Assembly (NCBI GenBank): GCA_026770705.1 | Contig: JANJGN010000017.1 | Location: forward strand, 55,800,001-55,864,000 | Length of the DNA stretch: 64,000 nt | Origin: Isurus oxyrinchus | Lineage: Eukaryota | Direction: 5' to 3' | Shown: positions 1 to 13,974 of the stretch, in pieces | Layout of the letters: the number at the start of each line of letters is the position of its first letter | Position numbering within the stretch: the stretch's first letter is position 1 | Translations under genes and position numbers: made by a program | The notes under the pieces: model-generated | The model's input: the letters and a program-made list of their open reading frames with translations, nothing else | The model's database searches: none | What the model was told of the DNA's origin: nothing

Positions 1-920
1 GTTAAAATTGTAAATTTGATGTTTCCTGAAAAAACAAAATCATTGGAATAAGGAGCAGAATTGTTAATGGGTAAATGGAGACAAACTGCACAATTTGCCA
101 TGTAGCTAAAAGACCCATTGGTAAGGAAACAATAGAAATTGAATTCCAAATGTGCTGTAAGGCTTTTTCCATAATGTGTTGCTCTCGTATAGTGGAATTC
201 TTTTACATGGCTACAAGGGTTGATTTATCTGAAGTCAAAGTGGTGTAAGATGGTAGCAGCTGATCTTTCACAGCAATGATTCTTCATCTTTCACTGAGTG
301 CTTTAATTCCAATGCTGTGAGGTGTACTTGAGTTGTTTCCAGATCACTTATCCTCATAGTTCTGTAGGTGGAAAGGTTTTAGTGTTATCTCCATGTTTCT
401 GTTTTATTTGATGGCCATTGGCAAAGAAGTTGGGGAGGAGTTTCCACTTTGGATGCAGTTAACAATCTGGGCACAAAGTTCGTCCACTTTGGGAAGTTTT
501 TTTTTGTTTCTGCTCAAACTTCTTTGTTTATCCACAAACTCAATTTGCTATGAATCAGTGCATTTTAAAGCCTAATTTCAAAAAATATCCTTCATATTTA
601 ATGGCAGTAAACTTGGTAAAGTTGATCCATTCTGGATGCATGGCCAGTTTCGTGGCTGGACCGGCTTCTAGCGCAATGTTTTAAATTAGTGCAAAAAATT
701 ATGGAAACTCAATTTCTATTGAATGCAATTTGCACCTAAAATTTCATATCTTTTGATTTTTTTGATTTTGGGGGAAATTGCCCTGAAAAATGGAAGTGCG
801 ACTGAGTGGAAAACTACACGCTGTCTTTAGCCTAATTGGAGCCGAAATAGCATTTCCTTCTTCTGACTTCTGAAGAATATTAATTAATTTTACTAAACAG
901 GATTAGAGAGGTAGCATTTC

Positions 921-1201
921 TTTTTTTTTATTTCTTAGGAAGTGAGTGTCACTGGCAAAGCCAAAACTTTGCTCATTCCTAATTACCCTTGAGTCCGTGG
1001 TGGTGAACCACCTTCTTGAACTACTGCAACGCATGTGATATAGGTACAACACAGTGCTGTTAGTAAGTGAATTCTAGGTTTTTCATCCAGTAACAGTGAA
1101 GGAATGCGGGTGTGTTCCAAGTCACGACAGTATGGGGTTTGGAGGGGAACTTGCAGATGGTGGTGTTCCCATGAGACTGCTGCCATTGGCCTTCTAGGTG
1201 G
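921..1201 (-). mobile_element. LINE family B 3' fragment
   Basis: Poly-T followed by the shared 3' end (CCTAATTACCCTTGAG...CCACCTTCTTGAAC). Confidence 0.8.
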
Positions 1202-2726
1202 AATATTAGGGGGAACTTCTTAACTCAGAGAGTGGTGAGAGTTTGGAATGTGCTGTCAACAGGGAATGGCAAGATTCTGGCTTTGATGATGTTTAATCTG
1301 TCCAACTTTCCAAAACCCGCATGTAAAGTCTGTGTGTGGCTGGTACAGTGATAGATTAATAGAGGACAGTCAGTGAATTTGGGTTTACTGTATGCAGTAG
1401 AGTTTAACCCACCCATTAGTGACTTATGGGCCTTGTTCACTTCTTTGAGTTTGGCAAATGTGTTACTTATGTCTTGTTGGAGCATTTTATTCTTTTCTGC
1501 ATAGAATTTAGTTACACACTTAGTCACGTAGAAGTCACAATTGTACAAGAGAGGGAAACAGTAGCAAGTAGCGCGTTCAGGTGAGGATAATTTCGTTATG
1601 GAATCTAGTTCATCAGTTATATTTGATCAAAATCTAATTTTGTATCATATAAAATGTATTGCTGTATGTAAAAATGGATGACTTTTTAATTGTGTTATGC
1701 TGTCTGCTGCAACATAAAGCTGCACCATGTTTGGAAAGGTCCAAAATATGTTCTTTTGTCTGCTGTATATCGAGCTTTTCTGCATGTGCTTCCCTGTGCC
1801 CTTGATTTGTATGATCTGCTAGCTCCTTTTTTTTTTATGCACAGAAATCTTTCTCATGTGCTACCCATACGCTTTGTCTGTGTACGAAGGTTGCAAGGGT
1901 GGAGGAGGTGATGGATGGCTAGCACATGGAAGCGCTCACTGGACATAAGGCATAAAACAAAGGATACTGCATTAGTCGTCAGTGATACTACCTCTAATCA
2001 CAGCTGAGCTTGACAGCACTGCATAATTATACAATTGAAGCAGTGAATCAGTTATTGCAACACAAGTCCACATGGTGCACATGATTTCATGCCGTTTCTA
2101 GGAACCTAAAACCCATTGATATCATTTATGAGATTGGCGACTGTATTACTTCAATTATACAACTAAAGTAGTTTATCTATAAATTGTAGCATTGAGTTAT
2201 AAGCACACAGCTTATCAAAAGCAGCTATTCTAGTGTTTGTGCTTGTTTTGCGTAAGATGCATCCAAATCAGTGGCCTTGACGGAGTGAGCAAGAAAGAAC
2301 GAGAAAATTGGGAATTTATAATTTGGCAGAATTTGGGATTGGAAGGCAAAGGCCCCTCGGCACCCAGAGAATTATGCCTCAGATAAAGGATGAGTAGGCA
2401 ATCCAGAATTGTTTCCTAGGGTGGAATGGTGACAGCTTGTTTGTTGGTGTTACCACCATATGTTATACCTTACCTGAACTTTGGGAATTGTTAGTGCTGT
2501 ATATTGTCTGAACGATGGAAAGCACTGGCAGTGTGTAATGTCTAAACTCAAGTGGCACTGTTCGCGGTGTGTGTTGTCTGAACTTGGGTATGCCTACACC
2601 TTAAATATATGTTGGTAGCTAGCTCTGTATTGTAAAGCAGGGCTTGAGTGTTTTACTACCTGCCTCTTCTCTGACACTGGACCAAGATACACATTCCAGC
2701 CAGAATTCTAGGTAGCTGGTGCCCAA

Positions 2727-4885
2727 TTTTTTTATTTGTTCATGGGATGTAGGTGTTGCTGCAAGGCCAGCATTTATTACCCCTGAGAAGGTAATGGTGA
2801 GCCATCATCTTGAACCCCTGCAATTCGTATGATATAGGTAGTACTAGAGTTTTGGATTTTGACCCAGCGATAATGAAGAAACCATGAAATATTTCCAAGT
2901 CAGGTTGATGTGAGTCTTAGAGGAAAACTGCATCTGCTGCACTTGTTCTTCTAGGTGGTAGAGACCATGGGTTTAGAAGGTCCTGTTGAAGGGACCTTGG
3001 TGAGTTGCTGCAGTGCACCTTATAGATGGCACATTGCTACCACTAGCCTTAGAGGGAGTGAGTGTTTAAGGTGGTGGATGGGGTACCATTCAAGTGCGCT
3101 ATTTTGCCCTGGATGGTGTCAAGCTTCTTGAGTGCTGAAGCTGCACTCATCTAGGCAAGTGAAGGGTATTCCCTCACACTTGAGTTGTACCTTGTAGATG
3201 GTGGAAAGGCTTTGGGAAGTTGGGAGCTGAGTCACTACCTGTGGAATACCCAGCCTCTGACCTGCTCCTGTAGCCACAGTATTTGTGTGGTTAATCCAGT
3301 TAAGTTTCTGATCAATGTTGACCCCTAGGATGTTGGTAGGGGATTCAGCAATAATACTATTGAATGTCATGGGGAGTTTGTTAGATGGTGGGAATGTTGC
3401 TCGGCACTTGCCAACCCAAGCCTGAATGTCCAGATTTTTCTGCTTACATGCTTAGACTGTTTCATTTTCTGAATGTAACTGAACACTGCAATCATTAGCA
3501 TGCTTCACCACTCCTGACTTTATGATGAACCAGAGCGATCATTACTGAAGCAGCTGAAAATGGTGGGGCTTTGGACACAGTCCCAAGGACTGAGATGAGC
3601 CCACCACAACGTCCTTTTTCCTTTGTGCTAGATATGATCCAGCCAATGGGGAGTTTTTCCCCTGATTGACTTCATTTTGCTAGGGCTTCTTTATGTGACA
3701 CTTGATCAAATGTTGCCTTGATGTTAAGGGCTATAACTCACTCTCACCCCTGGAATTAAGCTCTTTATTCATTTTTTGAATCAAGGTTGTAATGTGTTGT
3801 GTAATCAAGTTTGGCAGAACCCAAACTGATCATCAGTGAACAGGTTATTGGGTACCAAGTGTCCCTTGATAACAATGCCTTCCATCACTTTAATTGAGAG
3901 TAGACAGATGGGGCAGTAGTTGGCTGGATTGGACTTGCCCGCTATTATGGACAGGACATAGCTGGGCAATTTTACACATTATCTGGTAATGACAGTGTTG
4001 TAAATGTACTAGAACAGCTTGTCTGGAGGCGTGGCTTGTTCTGGAGCTTAAGTCTTCAGCTGAAGATGGGATATTGCCACCTTTGTTGTATCCAGAGCAT
4101 TTAGCTATTTCTTTATCAGTTGGAGTGAATGGAATTGGCTGAACACTGGCATCTGTGATGTTGTGGGCCTCAGGAGGAGGCTGAGATGGATCATCCAATT
4201 GACACTTCAAGCTGAAGATGGTGCAAATGTTTCAGCTTTGCCTTTTGGACTCACAAGTTGACTCCACGGGGAGGTTCATGGAACTCCCTCAACCACTATT
4301 TGTAACTGTATGTGGCAAGACATCAGAGTTTTTGACCAGATTATTGGTTGTGGAATTACATAGTTTGTCTAGGGCATGATGCTTCCACTGTTGAACATGT
4401 ATGTAGTCCTGCATTGTAACTTCACCAGTTTGGCACCTCAGTTTTAATTATGTCTGCTACTTCTGCCATGTTCTCCTACGTTCTTAGTGAGCAGGGTTGA
4501 TCCCCTGGCGTGACTTTGGCAATGTGAGAGATATACCAGGCCATAAGATTACAGATTGTGCCAGAATGCAATTAAGCCGATGGCCCCCAATGTCTCATGG
4601 GTGCCCAGTTTTGAGCTGTTAGACCTGTTCTGAATCTAACCCGTTTGGCACGATGATAGTGCCACATAACACAAATGGAGGTTGTCCTCAATGTGAAGAC
4701 AAGACTTCATCGCCACAAGGACTATGATACAACTGAGTGGCTTGCTAGGCTATTTGAGGGCAGGTGAGAGTTACCCACATTTCCATGGGTGTCAAGCTGC
4801 ATATAATCCAGACCATCTAAGGTCAACAGATAGTGAATCAAATTGATTTTTACGACAATCTCGGAATTTCTTGATCTCCAGATTC
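2727..4885 (-). mobile_element. LINE family B, internally deleted, including the SINE-like 5' segment
   Basis: RT fragments (ILGVNIDQKLNW). 4727-4885 is homologous to 47405-47610. Confidence 0.85.
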
Positions 4886-5035
4886 AACAATGATTTTCAA
4901 AAGGGAATCGGATAATTATCTGAAGAGAAGTTGGCAGGGCTACAGGGAAAAGGCTCAGGAGTGGGACTAGCTGAGTTCTCTTGCAGAAAGCCAGATCAGA
5001 CATGAAGGGCTGAATGGCTTCTTTCCGTGCTGACT
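4886..5035 (+). mobile_element. CR1 3' tail fragment
   Basis: Homologous to 11260-11410. Confidence 0.7.
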
Positions 5036-5322
5036 GTACTTGCATTGCTAAACGCTCCACTTCCTGTGTAGTCTACACAGCTGTCTTGTTTGTCTCATTC
5101 TTCCATGATGTGTTTCAGACCTGAAATGTAACTATTGAAACAAATTTACATTGACTAACACTGTTTACTTTTGAGTAAATTATCTCCACAGACCAAAGAA
5201 TAAACAGAATCAAACTTTTGTGGATCTGTTACTATAAATCTTTGACTTTTCCTTCTTGCAATTCTCTGAAATATACAGTATTCTTCCTTTCAACTTATTT
5301 GATTGATCACGATTTAAGTGAG

Positions 5323-6100
5323 TTTTTTTTTAATTCATTCATGGGATGTGGGCATCACTGGCTAGGCTAATTGTCCTTGAGAAGGTGGTGATAAGCTACC
5401 TTCCTGAACTGCTGCAGTCCATGTGGTATAGGTGCACCCACAGTACTGTTAGGGAGGGAGTTCCAGGATTTTGACCCAGCGACAGCGAAGGAATGGTGCT
5501 ATATTTCCAAGTCAGGATGGTGAGTTACTTGGAGAGGAAATTTCAGGTGTTCGCATGTGTCTGCTGCCCTTGTCCTTCTAGGTGGTAGCAGTCATGGCTT
5601 TGGAAGGTGCTGCCTAAGGAGCCTTGGAGTTCCTATAGTACATCTTATAGGTGGTGCGTTGGTAGTGAAGGGGGTGAATGTTTGTGGATGGGGTGCCAGT
5701 CAATGGGCTGATTTGTCCTGGGTGGCATCAAGCTTCTTGAGTGTTGTTAGAGCTGCACTCATCCAGGCAAGTGGAGAATATTCTATCACACTTCTGATTT
5801 GTGCCTTGTAGATGGTGGACAGACTTTGGGGATTCAGAAGGTGAGTTACTCGCCGCAGGCTTCCTAGCTCTTGTAGCCACAGTATTTACATGGTTAGTCC
5901 AGTTCAGTTTCTGGTCAATGGTAACCCCCAGGATGTTGATAGTAGGGGATTCAGTGATGGTAATGCCGTTAAATGTCAAGGAGCGACGGCTAGATTCTCT
6001 CTTGTTGAAGATGGTCATTGCGTAGCACGCATGTTACTTGCCATTTGTCAGCCCAAGCCTGGATATTGTTCAGGTCTTATTGCATTTGGACATAGACTGT
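5323..6100 (-). mobile_element. LINE family B 3' fragment
   Basis: Same 3' end. ORF fragment LTFNGITITESPTINILGVTIDQKLNW. Confidence 0.85.
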
Positions 6101-6489
6101 ACAATATTTTTCAAAAATCATTTCTTCCCTGAAGACTCTGACCACTGCTGAAGTACAACATCACAGATACACTTTCTATACTTGTTTCCCATATGCTGTA
6201 TGATGTGCCCTTGCTTTTACCCCTGTCTATACAATGACTTTGGGGCCAATTTTATCCACAGACTATTCCTGTACTATCTCCCCATTATTGTCGTGAAGTA
6301 TAGCCAGTTGATCCTTAAGCTTGGCATTCCTCTGTATGAGTAGCACAATTTCTCAAGCATTCATTCATCAGCCATGAACATACCCTCTGCAAGAGACCCC
6401 TTTCTAAACTGTGATTTTCCTAAGACTCACTTTATGCCCTCAGGAGTGACTACATCTTCCACCCAAGCCAATATTTCAGGCTAAACTGG

Positions 6490-7085
6490 ACTGTGCTCAA
6501 CCTTGCTGTCCTATTCCACATGAGTTGAGTTTCAAAGTCCATATTCTCCTGTCACCTAGACTGTCCACTTCTCCCTCTGTAACATTGCCTGTCGCTGACC
6601 ATGCCTCAGCCCTTCTACTGCTAAAAGCTACATTCATGTAAACTATTGCAGCACTGTCCTGTGCAGCCTCCCATCTTCCAGCCTCCATAAACTTAAGCTT
6701 GCCCAAAATTCTGCCAGTATTCTAACTCTCACAAAGTCATGTTCACCCATCACCAATGAATTAGTTGGCCTACACGGCTCCTGGACCACCAATGCCTCCA
6801 CTTTAAAATACTCCATCTTTATGTTCAGATCCTGCCACGTCCTTGCCCCACCCTATCTCTGTAACTTCCTTCAGCACTCCAACTCTGTGTTCCTCAAGTT
6901 ATGCCCATTATACATTCCCCAATGCCTTCAACCATTAAAGCTCTTAGATCTGGAATTCCGCACCTCTACCTCTCTCTACCCCTTTAAGCTACTTAAAACC
7001 TACCTCTTCGACAATCTTTTGGTCACCTGTCCTAAGATCTCCTCCTTTGGCTCAGTTACATTTTTATATAGCACCTTAAATGTAG
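6490..7085 (+). mobile_element. L2 LINE 3' fragment
   Basis: Degenerate RT C-terminus (CACCCATCACC...CCCACCCTATCTCTG...CTTAAAACCTACCTCTT). Confidence 0.7.
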
Positions 7086-7797
7086 TAACTTAATATCCCT
7101 AAGACATCATGTTCTTCTCCCATCAACCTAATCGTCTACTTTTGAACCTAGACCTGGGTTGAAATCTATGGCTCCCCATCAGGTGTTCAGGATAGTTTAC
7201 TTGAAACAATTTTGTGATCCCCACTGAGAAGATTCTCCTGGAGTGTAAGATACCTTGGAAGAAAGGTGAAGACAAACACAACACCAGCAGGGTAAAACTA
7301 AACTGATTTAATTTTCATTTCTGGCTGTAAACATTCCTAAATGTGGCTAGGTCCACTCAGTGCTTGAGAAGGAAGAGTTATGTGGAATGCATGACTCTTG
7401 ATGGGTTGTTTACGTGCAAAACACAATGACCTTTAATAACCATGCTTTGTTACTGTTCAGTCAGTTCTCTCGTGTGGTATTTCATGCTACTTTTATGACA
7501 GACAAGGAGACCAAGTTGTTGCTTTGTATTATTATTACCTTATTATTTTGACTTTGATTTTAAATGAAACTGCTGCCTTCTGCAAATATCAATACAATTG
7601 GGGTGCTTCAGAAAACAAAGTTATGCCTTTGGGCTGAAATATTTAATTTCGTCAACACAAGCATGTGATTCAATTACATCTGTTATACATTTTTCTCATT
7701 TCACTGAAATCTTGAGAGTTAAAGTTTTTTTTTAATTCTGATGGGAAAACCATTCCAATAATTAAACATTAATTTTTGTATTTTCTTGTGGCACTAA

Positions 7798-8808
7798 TTT
7801 TTTTAAATTCATTTATGGAATGTGTGCATTGCTGGCTAGGCTAGCATTTATTGCCTATCCCTAATTGCCCTTGAGATTGTGGTGGTGTGCTGCCGCCTTG
7901 AACTGCTGCAATCCAGTGTAGGTACACCCACTGTGCTGTTAGGAAGGGAGTTCCAGGATTTTGACCCAGCAACAGTAAAGGAATGGCAATATATTTCCAA
8001 GTCGGGATGTTGTGTGGCTTGGAGGGGAGCTTCTAGGTGGCGGCGTTCCCGTGTGTCTGCTGCCCTTGCCTTTCTAGATGGTGGTGGTCATTGGTTTGGA
8101 AGGTGCTGCCTAAGGAGCCTTGGTGAATTTGTGCAGTGCATATTGTAGATGATGCACATTGCTGCCACTGTTCATCAATGGTGAAGGGAATGATGTTTGT
8201 GGAAGGGATGCCAATCAAGCGGGCTGCTTGTCCTGGATGGTGTCAAGCTTGAGTAGTGTTGAAGCTGCACTCATCCAGACAGCTGGAGAGTATTCCATCA
8301 CACCCCTGACTTGTGTCTTGTGGATAGTGGACAGGCTTTGGGGAGTTAGAAGGTAAGTTAGTCACTGCAGGATTCCTAGCCTCTAACCTGCTCTTTTAGC
8401 CACAGTATTTATATGGCTAGTCCAGTTCAGCTTCTGGTCAATGGTAACCCCTGGGATATTGATCGTGGGGGATTCTGTGATGGTAATGCCATTGAATGTC
8501 AAAGGTCAAAGGTTGTATTCTGTCTTGTTGGACATGGTCATTGTGTGGTACTTGTGCGGTGCAAATGTTACTTGCCACTTGTCAACCCAAGCCTGGATAT
8601 TGTCCAGGTTTTGCTGCATTTGGACATGGACTGCTTCAGCAAGACCTGCTGACAAGTGGCAAGTAACATCTGCGCCACACAAGTGTCAGGCAATTACTAC
8701 CTCCAGCGAGAGAATCTAACCGTCACCCTTTGACATTCAATGCACACTGAATCCTCCACTGTCAACATCCTGAGTGTTACCATTAACCAGAAACCAAACT
8801 AGCCAGAT
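7798..8808 (-). mobile_element. LINE family B 3' fragment with an adjacent inverted piece (8647-8808 on +)
   Basis: Same 3' end. 8647-8808 reads ADKWQVTSAPHKCQAI on + and is a diverged reverse complement of ~8415-8585. Confidence 0.85.
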
Positions 8809-10164
8809 AAACCTCCAGTCAAAGTACAGTATCTCTCAAAAAGAAAACTTTGTCCTTTTTATTGAAGCTAATGAAGGAACTATGGAAGAAACCACAATGT
8901 AATTTATTACAGATGTAGATTATAGCACTGTCGGTATGACTGGTCATGAGCCAAGTTCAGCATAGGTTTGGATACATATAAGTCTAAAATATTGAGCAGG
9001 TAATTTGCTTTGAAAATTGGATGTGGCTGAAGATCTCATACTTTGTGTAAACTGAGCCTTTGCTTTAGGTCCCAATTGAAAGATATGGAGCGTGTCTGCG
9101 AACCTTAGCAAATGGAAATTTATTTACCAACTCTTTAGAAACTTTTTTATTCAGTTTAGGGCAGGTTTAAGGTTAGAATAGTTTAAAACAAATGCCTGGG
9201 CTGAATTGTTAAGATTGGCTTTACATATTGTGTGTCTGTAATTTACAATAAAAGCTGTTACGAGAGGTTTGGATGTGATATTTTGTTGTTCTGATTGCTT
9301 ACACCTTCCTCCAGTTGCCAAACACTACAAGCACAGGCACCATATTGAGCAAATCTTCACCTTTAATGTTTGGTTGCAAATCTCCAGATACTGTCAGAGC
9401 CTAAACTTATCAGTCTATAAAACATTCTCCCTTTATAGTTTAGTCAGAGAATCACCTTTCTCAATGGACATATTGTTGTCAGTTTTCCTTTTGCATGTCT
9501 CACCAATAGCTGCCACTGCCTACTTTTCATGGCTGCATCATACATGCAAGCTTAAACAAGCACCAGCTGAACACCAACTTCAAAAAAGCTGAAAACTCTA
9601 CAGTAGCCTTGAATGTAAGATTGACATTTGAAAACACTTAATTGCACTAAAGTACAGTGGGGCATACCTAAGCTGTACATACGCCAAAATTCCTTCAAAT
9701 ATTTATGGTTTATTTTGACCAGTGCATGAAAACCTGAAAGAATTCGCGTGTATGAAAGCACAAGGTTTAATGTCTAAAACTGTAAGGGCTAGTAGCTAAA
9801 TACGGCTTTTGCAAATTGCTGTGGCACTTCCGACCACTTAACAAGAAAACAATTTTAAATCTGATGGCAATCCTTCTCTCTCCTGCAATCTAGGTATTTT
9901 TTTTAGTTATCTTATATAAGCATTATGTGCATTATTCCATTGAACTATTATCTGCATGTGAAGCCACTAACCATTGTTGCAGTTATACTCTAGGCACATT
10001 ACTACACATCTGGAATGCCAGCTTGTATCAGGACTTCTCAGTGACCTGCAGCAGGTCTCTACAAATCAATCCTCTGACTCAACTTGCAGTACAAAAATAA
10101 GCATTTTACAAATACTTAAAAATGTGTTTAGTTGGAACTCACTTGTTTGAAAATTCCAATTGGA

Positions 10165-10456
10165 TTTTTAAAAATGTCGCTGGCTAGGTTACCATTTGTT
10201 TCCCATCCCTAATTGCCCTTGAGATGGTGGTAGTGAGCCACCATTTGAACCGCTGCAGTCCATGTGGTGTAAGTACACCCACAGTGCTGTTAAACAAGGA
10301 GTTCCAGGATTTTGGCCCAGCGACAGTGAAGGAACAGCAATATGTTCCAAATCAGAGTGGTGTGGGGTTTGGTGGGAAACTTGCAGGTAGTGGTGTTCCC
10401 ATGTATCTACTGGCCTTTTTCTAGATGGTAGAGTCGTGCTTTTGAAGGAGCCTTGT
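10165..10456 (-). mobile_element. LINE family B 3' fragment
   Basis: CCCATCCCTAATTGCCCTTGAG...GAGTTCCAGGATTTTG shared 3' block. Confidence 0.8.
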
Positions 10457-11019
10457 TGTTGTACAATTAGATCATTTTTTTTCTTTGACTTCATTGCAGC
10501 AGTAAATTAATTAGAGCCTTCAGAGTGTGAAAAAAATCATACACTGATTGCTTTCCTTGTGATAATAGCAAGATGGAAAATTCCACAATTGCCAGCTATT
10601 ATCTCGTGCATTCTTTTGACTCCTTTGTGCAAGTTGAGTTTAACTTCTGTCTCACTCTTAGTGTAGTGCACTCCAGCAGTCAATTTAATATGACCATTCT
10701 ACAGTGAGATTTATTTACACTGATCTTTACTAAGTTAAATGGCGGAGTAATATAAACTGACACCTTGATGTTGAATGTATTCCTCTTGATTGCCTTGTCA
10801 AATGTAATTAAATTCATGAGAAGCAGGCAAATAATGTTTCCCATGTATTTGTATATCTTTCAGTTGTGTTAACATTCAAAAAGTGGGGGCATTGTATTGA
10901 AGTCAAAAACAGGAGGGAAAAAATGGTTCATTTTGAGTACCTTCTGTCTGAATTTAATGTCTGAAATATCCAATTAAAACGTATAATTAATCTTGTATTG
11001 AGGTTCTTAGAAGCATAAT

Positions 11020-11430
11020 TTTTTAAACTTCTTGGAGAAGAAAAGGTTGAGGCAAAATTTGATAGAAGTGTTCAAAATCATAAGGGATCTAGACAGAGTG
11101 GATAGAGATAACCTGTTCCCATTGACAAAGATTGAGAATCAAAGGACATAGATGTATAGTGATTGGTGAAAAAACCAAAGAAGAAGTGAAAAAAAATTTA
11201 CATAGCGAATGGTTGTGACCTGGAATGCACTGCCTGTAAAGGTGTTGGAGGCAAATTCAATCATGATTTTCAAAAGAGAATTAGATAAGCACCTGAAGGG
11301 GGGAAAAAGTTTACAGGGCTATGGGGAAGATGTGGGAATGAGACTAGCTAAATTGTTCTCATAGGGAATGGCCATGGGCTCAATGGACCGAAAAGCCACC
11401 TTCTGTGCTGTAACCATTCTATGATTACAA
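11020..11430 (+). mobile_element. CR1 3' fragment
   Basis: TTGGAGAAGAAAAGGTTGAGG...TGGAATGCACTGCCTG...GGACCGAAAAGCCACCTTCTGTGCTGTAACCATTCTATGAT tail. Confidence 0.8.
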
Positions 11431-11802
11431 AATCCAATTTGGCCTGACAGGGTTATGTTGTGAATAATAGGAAGATCTAATGGTGTTTGTCTGCTGGCCA
11501 TTCGATTCATACCTTCCCTACAAGTCCATGTGAAAATACAGAACCATGAAAAGCACTAAATAAAATGAATAATAAAGGACATTTGAAGCTTCATTTCCCT
11601 AATGACATCATAACACTATCCTTGTGTTATCTGTTATGGTAACTTTTAATTTGGAAAACAAGGTGCAATGTGCAGAGCTCAAACAAGTTTAACAAAAATA
11701 AGAGATGATCAACTAAACCAGGAAGAAATGTTAGGAATTGGCAAGCCACGGTTTAATAGCCGGAGTACCCTAGAATGAAGCAAAAATTGAGGGAGGCTAC
11801 AG

Positions 11803-13812
11803 TTTTTTTATTTATTTGTTCATGGGATGGGCAAGGCCAGCATTTATTGCGCATCCATAGTGCCCTTGAGGTGGTGGTGAGCTGCCTTCTTGAACCGCTG
11901 CAGTCATTGGGCATAGATACACCCATATGCTGTTAGGGAGGGAATTCCAGGATTTTGATCCAGCGACAGTGAAGGAAAAGTGCTATAGTTCCAAGTCAGG
12001 CTGGTATGCGGCTTGGAGGGCAACTTGCAGGTGGTGGTGCTCCCATGTGTCTGCTGCCTTTGTCCTTCTAGGTGATGGAGTTCACTGGTTTGGAAGGTGC
12101 TTTAGTTAGCTGGTGCAGTGCCTCTTGTACATGGTATATACTGCTGCCATTTGCTTGGTGGTGGAGAGAATTAATGTTGAAGGTGGTGGATGGATGCCAG
12201 CCAAGTGGACGCTTTGGCTTGACTGGTGTCAAACTTCCTGAGAATTGTTGGAGCTGCACTTATTCAGGCAAGTGAAGAGTATTCCATCACATTCCTGGTT
12301 TATTGCTTGTAGATGATGAACAGGCTTTGGGAGGTCAGGAGGTGAGTTACCCTCTGCAGAATTCCCAGCCTCTGACCTGCGCTTGTAGCCACAGTACTTG
12401 TATGGTTGGTCAACTTCAGTTTCTGCTCCGGTGGTAACCCGGAGATGTTGATAAAGAAGAATTCAGTGATGGTAATGCCATTGAGTGTTAAGGGGAGATG
12501 ATTAGATTCTCTCTTGCTTTAGATGGTCATTACCTGACATTTGTGTGGCACAAATGCTACTTGTCACTTTTCAGCTCAAACCTGGAATGTAATCCAGGTC
12601 TTGCTGTATACAGACCCAGAATGCTTCAGTGTCTGAGGAGTCGCAAACAGCGCTGAACATTATGCAATCATCTGTATCCCACTTCTGACTGTATGGAGGG
12701 GAGGCCAGTCATGAAGCAGCTGAAGATAGTTGTGCGTCGGAAATGACCCTGAGGAATTCCTGCAACGATGTCCTGGGCGGAGATGATTGACCTCCAACAA
12801 CCATAGCCATCTTCCTTTGGGCTAAGTATTACTCCATAAGTGGAGAATTTTCCCCTTGATTCCCCTGGACTTCAGTTTGTTAAGGTGGCTTGATGCCACA
12901 CTCTGTCAAAGGCTGCTTTGGTGTCAAGGGCAGTTTCTATCATCTCCCCTCCTGAGTTCAGCTCTTACTGGACCATGGTTGTAATGAGCTCAGGAGTTGA
13001 GTGGCCCTGGCGAAACTAAACAGAGCTTCAGTGAGTAGGCTATTGCTAATTGAGTGCCATTTAACAGCACAGTCGATGAATCCTTCCATCATTTTGCTGA
13101 TGGAGTGTAGACTGATGAGATAATTGGCCAGGTTGGATTTGTCCTGCTTTTTGTGTACAGGACATACCTAAGCAATTTTCAACATTGCCTGATAGAAACC
13201 AGTGTTGTCATTGTACTGGGACAGCTTGGCTAGGGTTGCAGCTAGTTCTAGGTTACAAGCCTTTACTACTATTGCCAGAATACTGTGAGGGCCCGTAGTC
13301 TTTGCAGTATGCAGTACCTTCAGCCATTTGTTGATATCACATGGAGTGAATCAAATTGGCTAAACACTAGCAACTGTAATGCTGGGGACCTCAGGACGAT
13401 GCCGAGATGGCATTTCTGGCTGAAGGTAATTGCAAATGCTTCAGCCTTGTCTTTTGCACAGATGTGCTGGCTCCCCCATCATTAAGGATGATGATATTTG
13501 TGGAGCTACCTCCTCCAGTGAGCTATTTAATTGTCCACCACCATTCACAACTGGATGTGACAGGACTGCAGAGCTTAAATCTGATCCATTGGTTATGGGA
13601 TCACTTAGCTCTATCGTATGCTGTTTAATTTGTTTAGCGTGCAAATAGTCCTGTGTTGTAGCTTTAGTAAGTTGACGCCTCATTTTTAGGTATGCCTCAG
13701 TTGCTCCCAGCATATCCTCCTGCACTCTTCATTGACCAAGGTTGAGCCCCCGGCTTCATGGTAATGGTAGAGTGGGGGATATGCTGGGCCATGCATTCCA
13801 AACTTTGTGGCC
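11803..13812 (-). mobile_element. LINE family B, ~2 kb 5'-truncated copy
   Basis: Colinear with 2727-4560 and with 38428-39279 + 45792-46520. Confidence 0.85.
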
Positions 13813-13974
13813 CTGCAAAAGAATTTAGTTGGAGCAGCTGTCCATGTAATAAATCCTGATCTAAAACAGTGAGAAAAGCTTGTAGGGTGGTAGATTTGGT
13901 GCCCGAAAGGGGCAAGAGAGAGAGAGATGCATTGAAACCCCAGCCCATATCATTGATAAAAATAAAAATTAAGA

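Noticed and set aside
1844-1911. Acceptor-like T-tract ending ACAG, followed by NLSHV..., as the missing upstream TBC1D12 exon
   Set aside because: Lacks the conserved PGWKLFGK motif and reaches a stop. I found no such exon in 1-25720.
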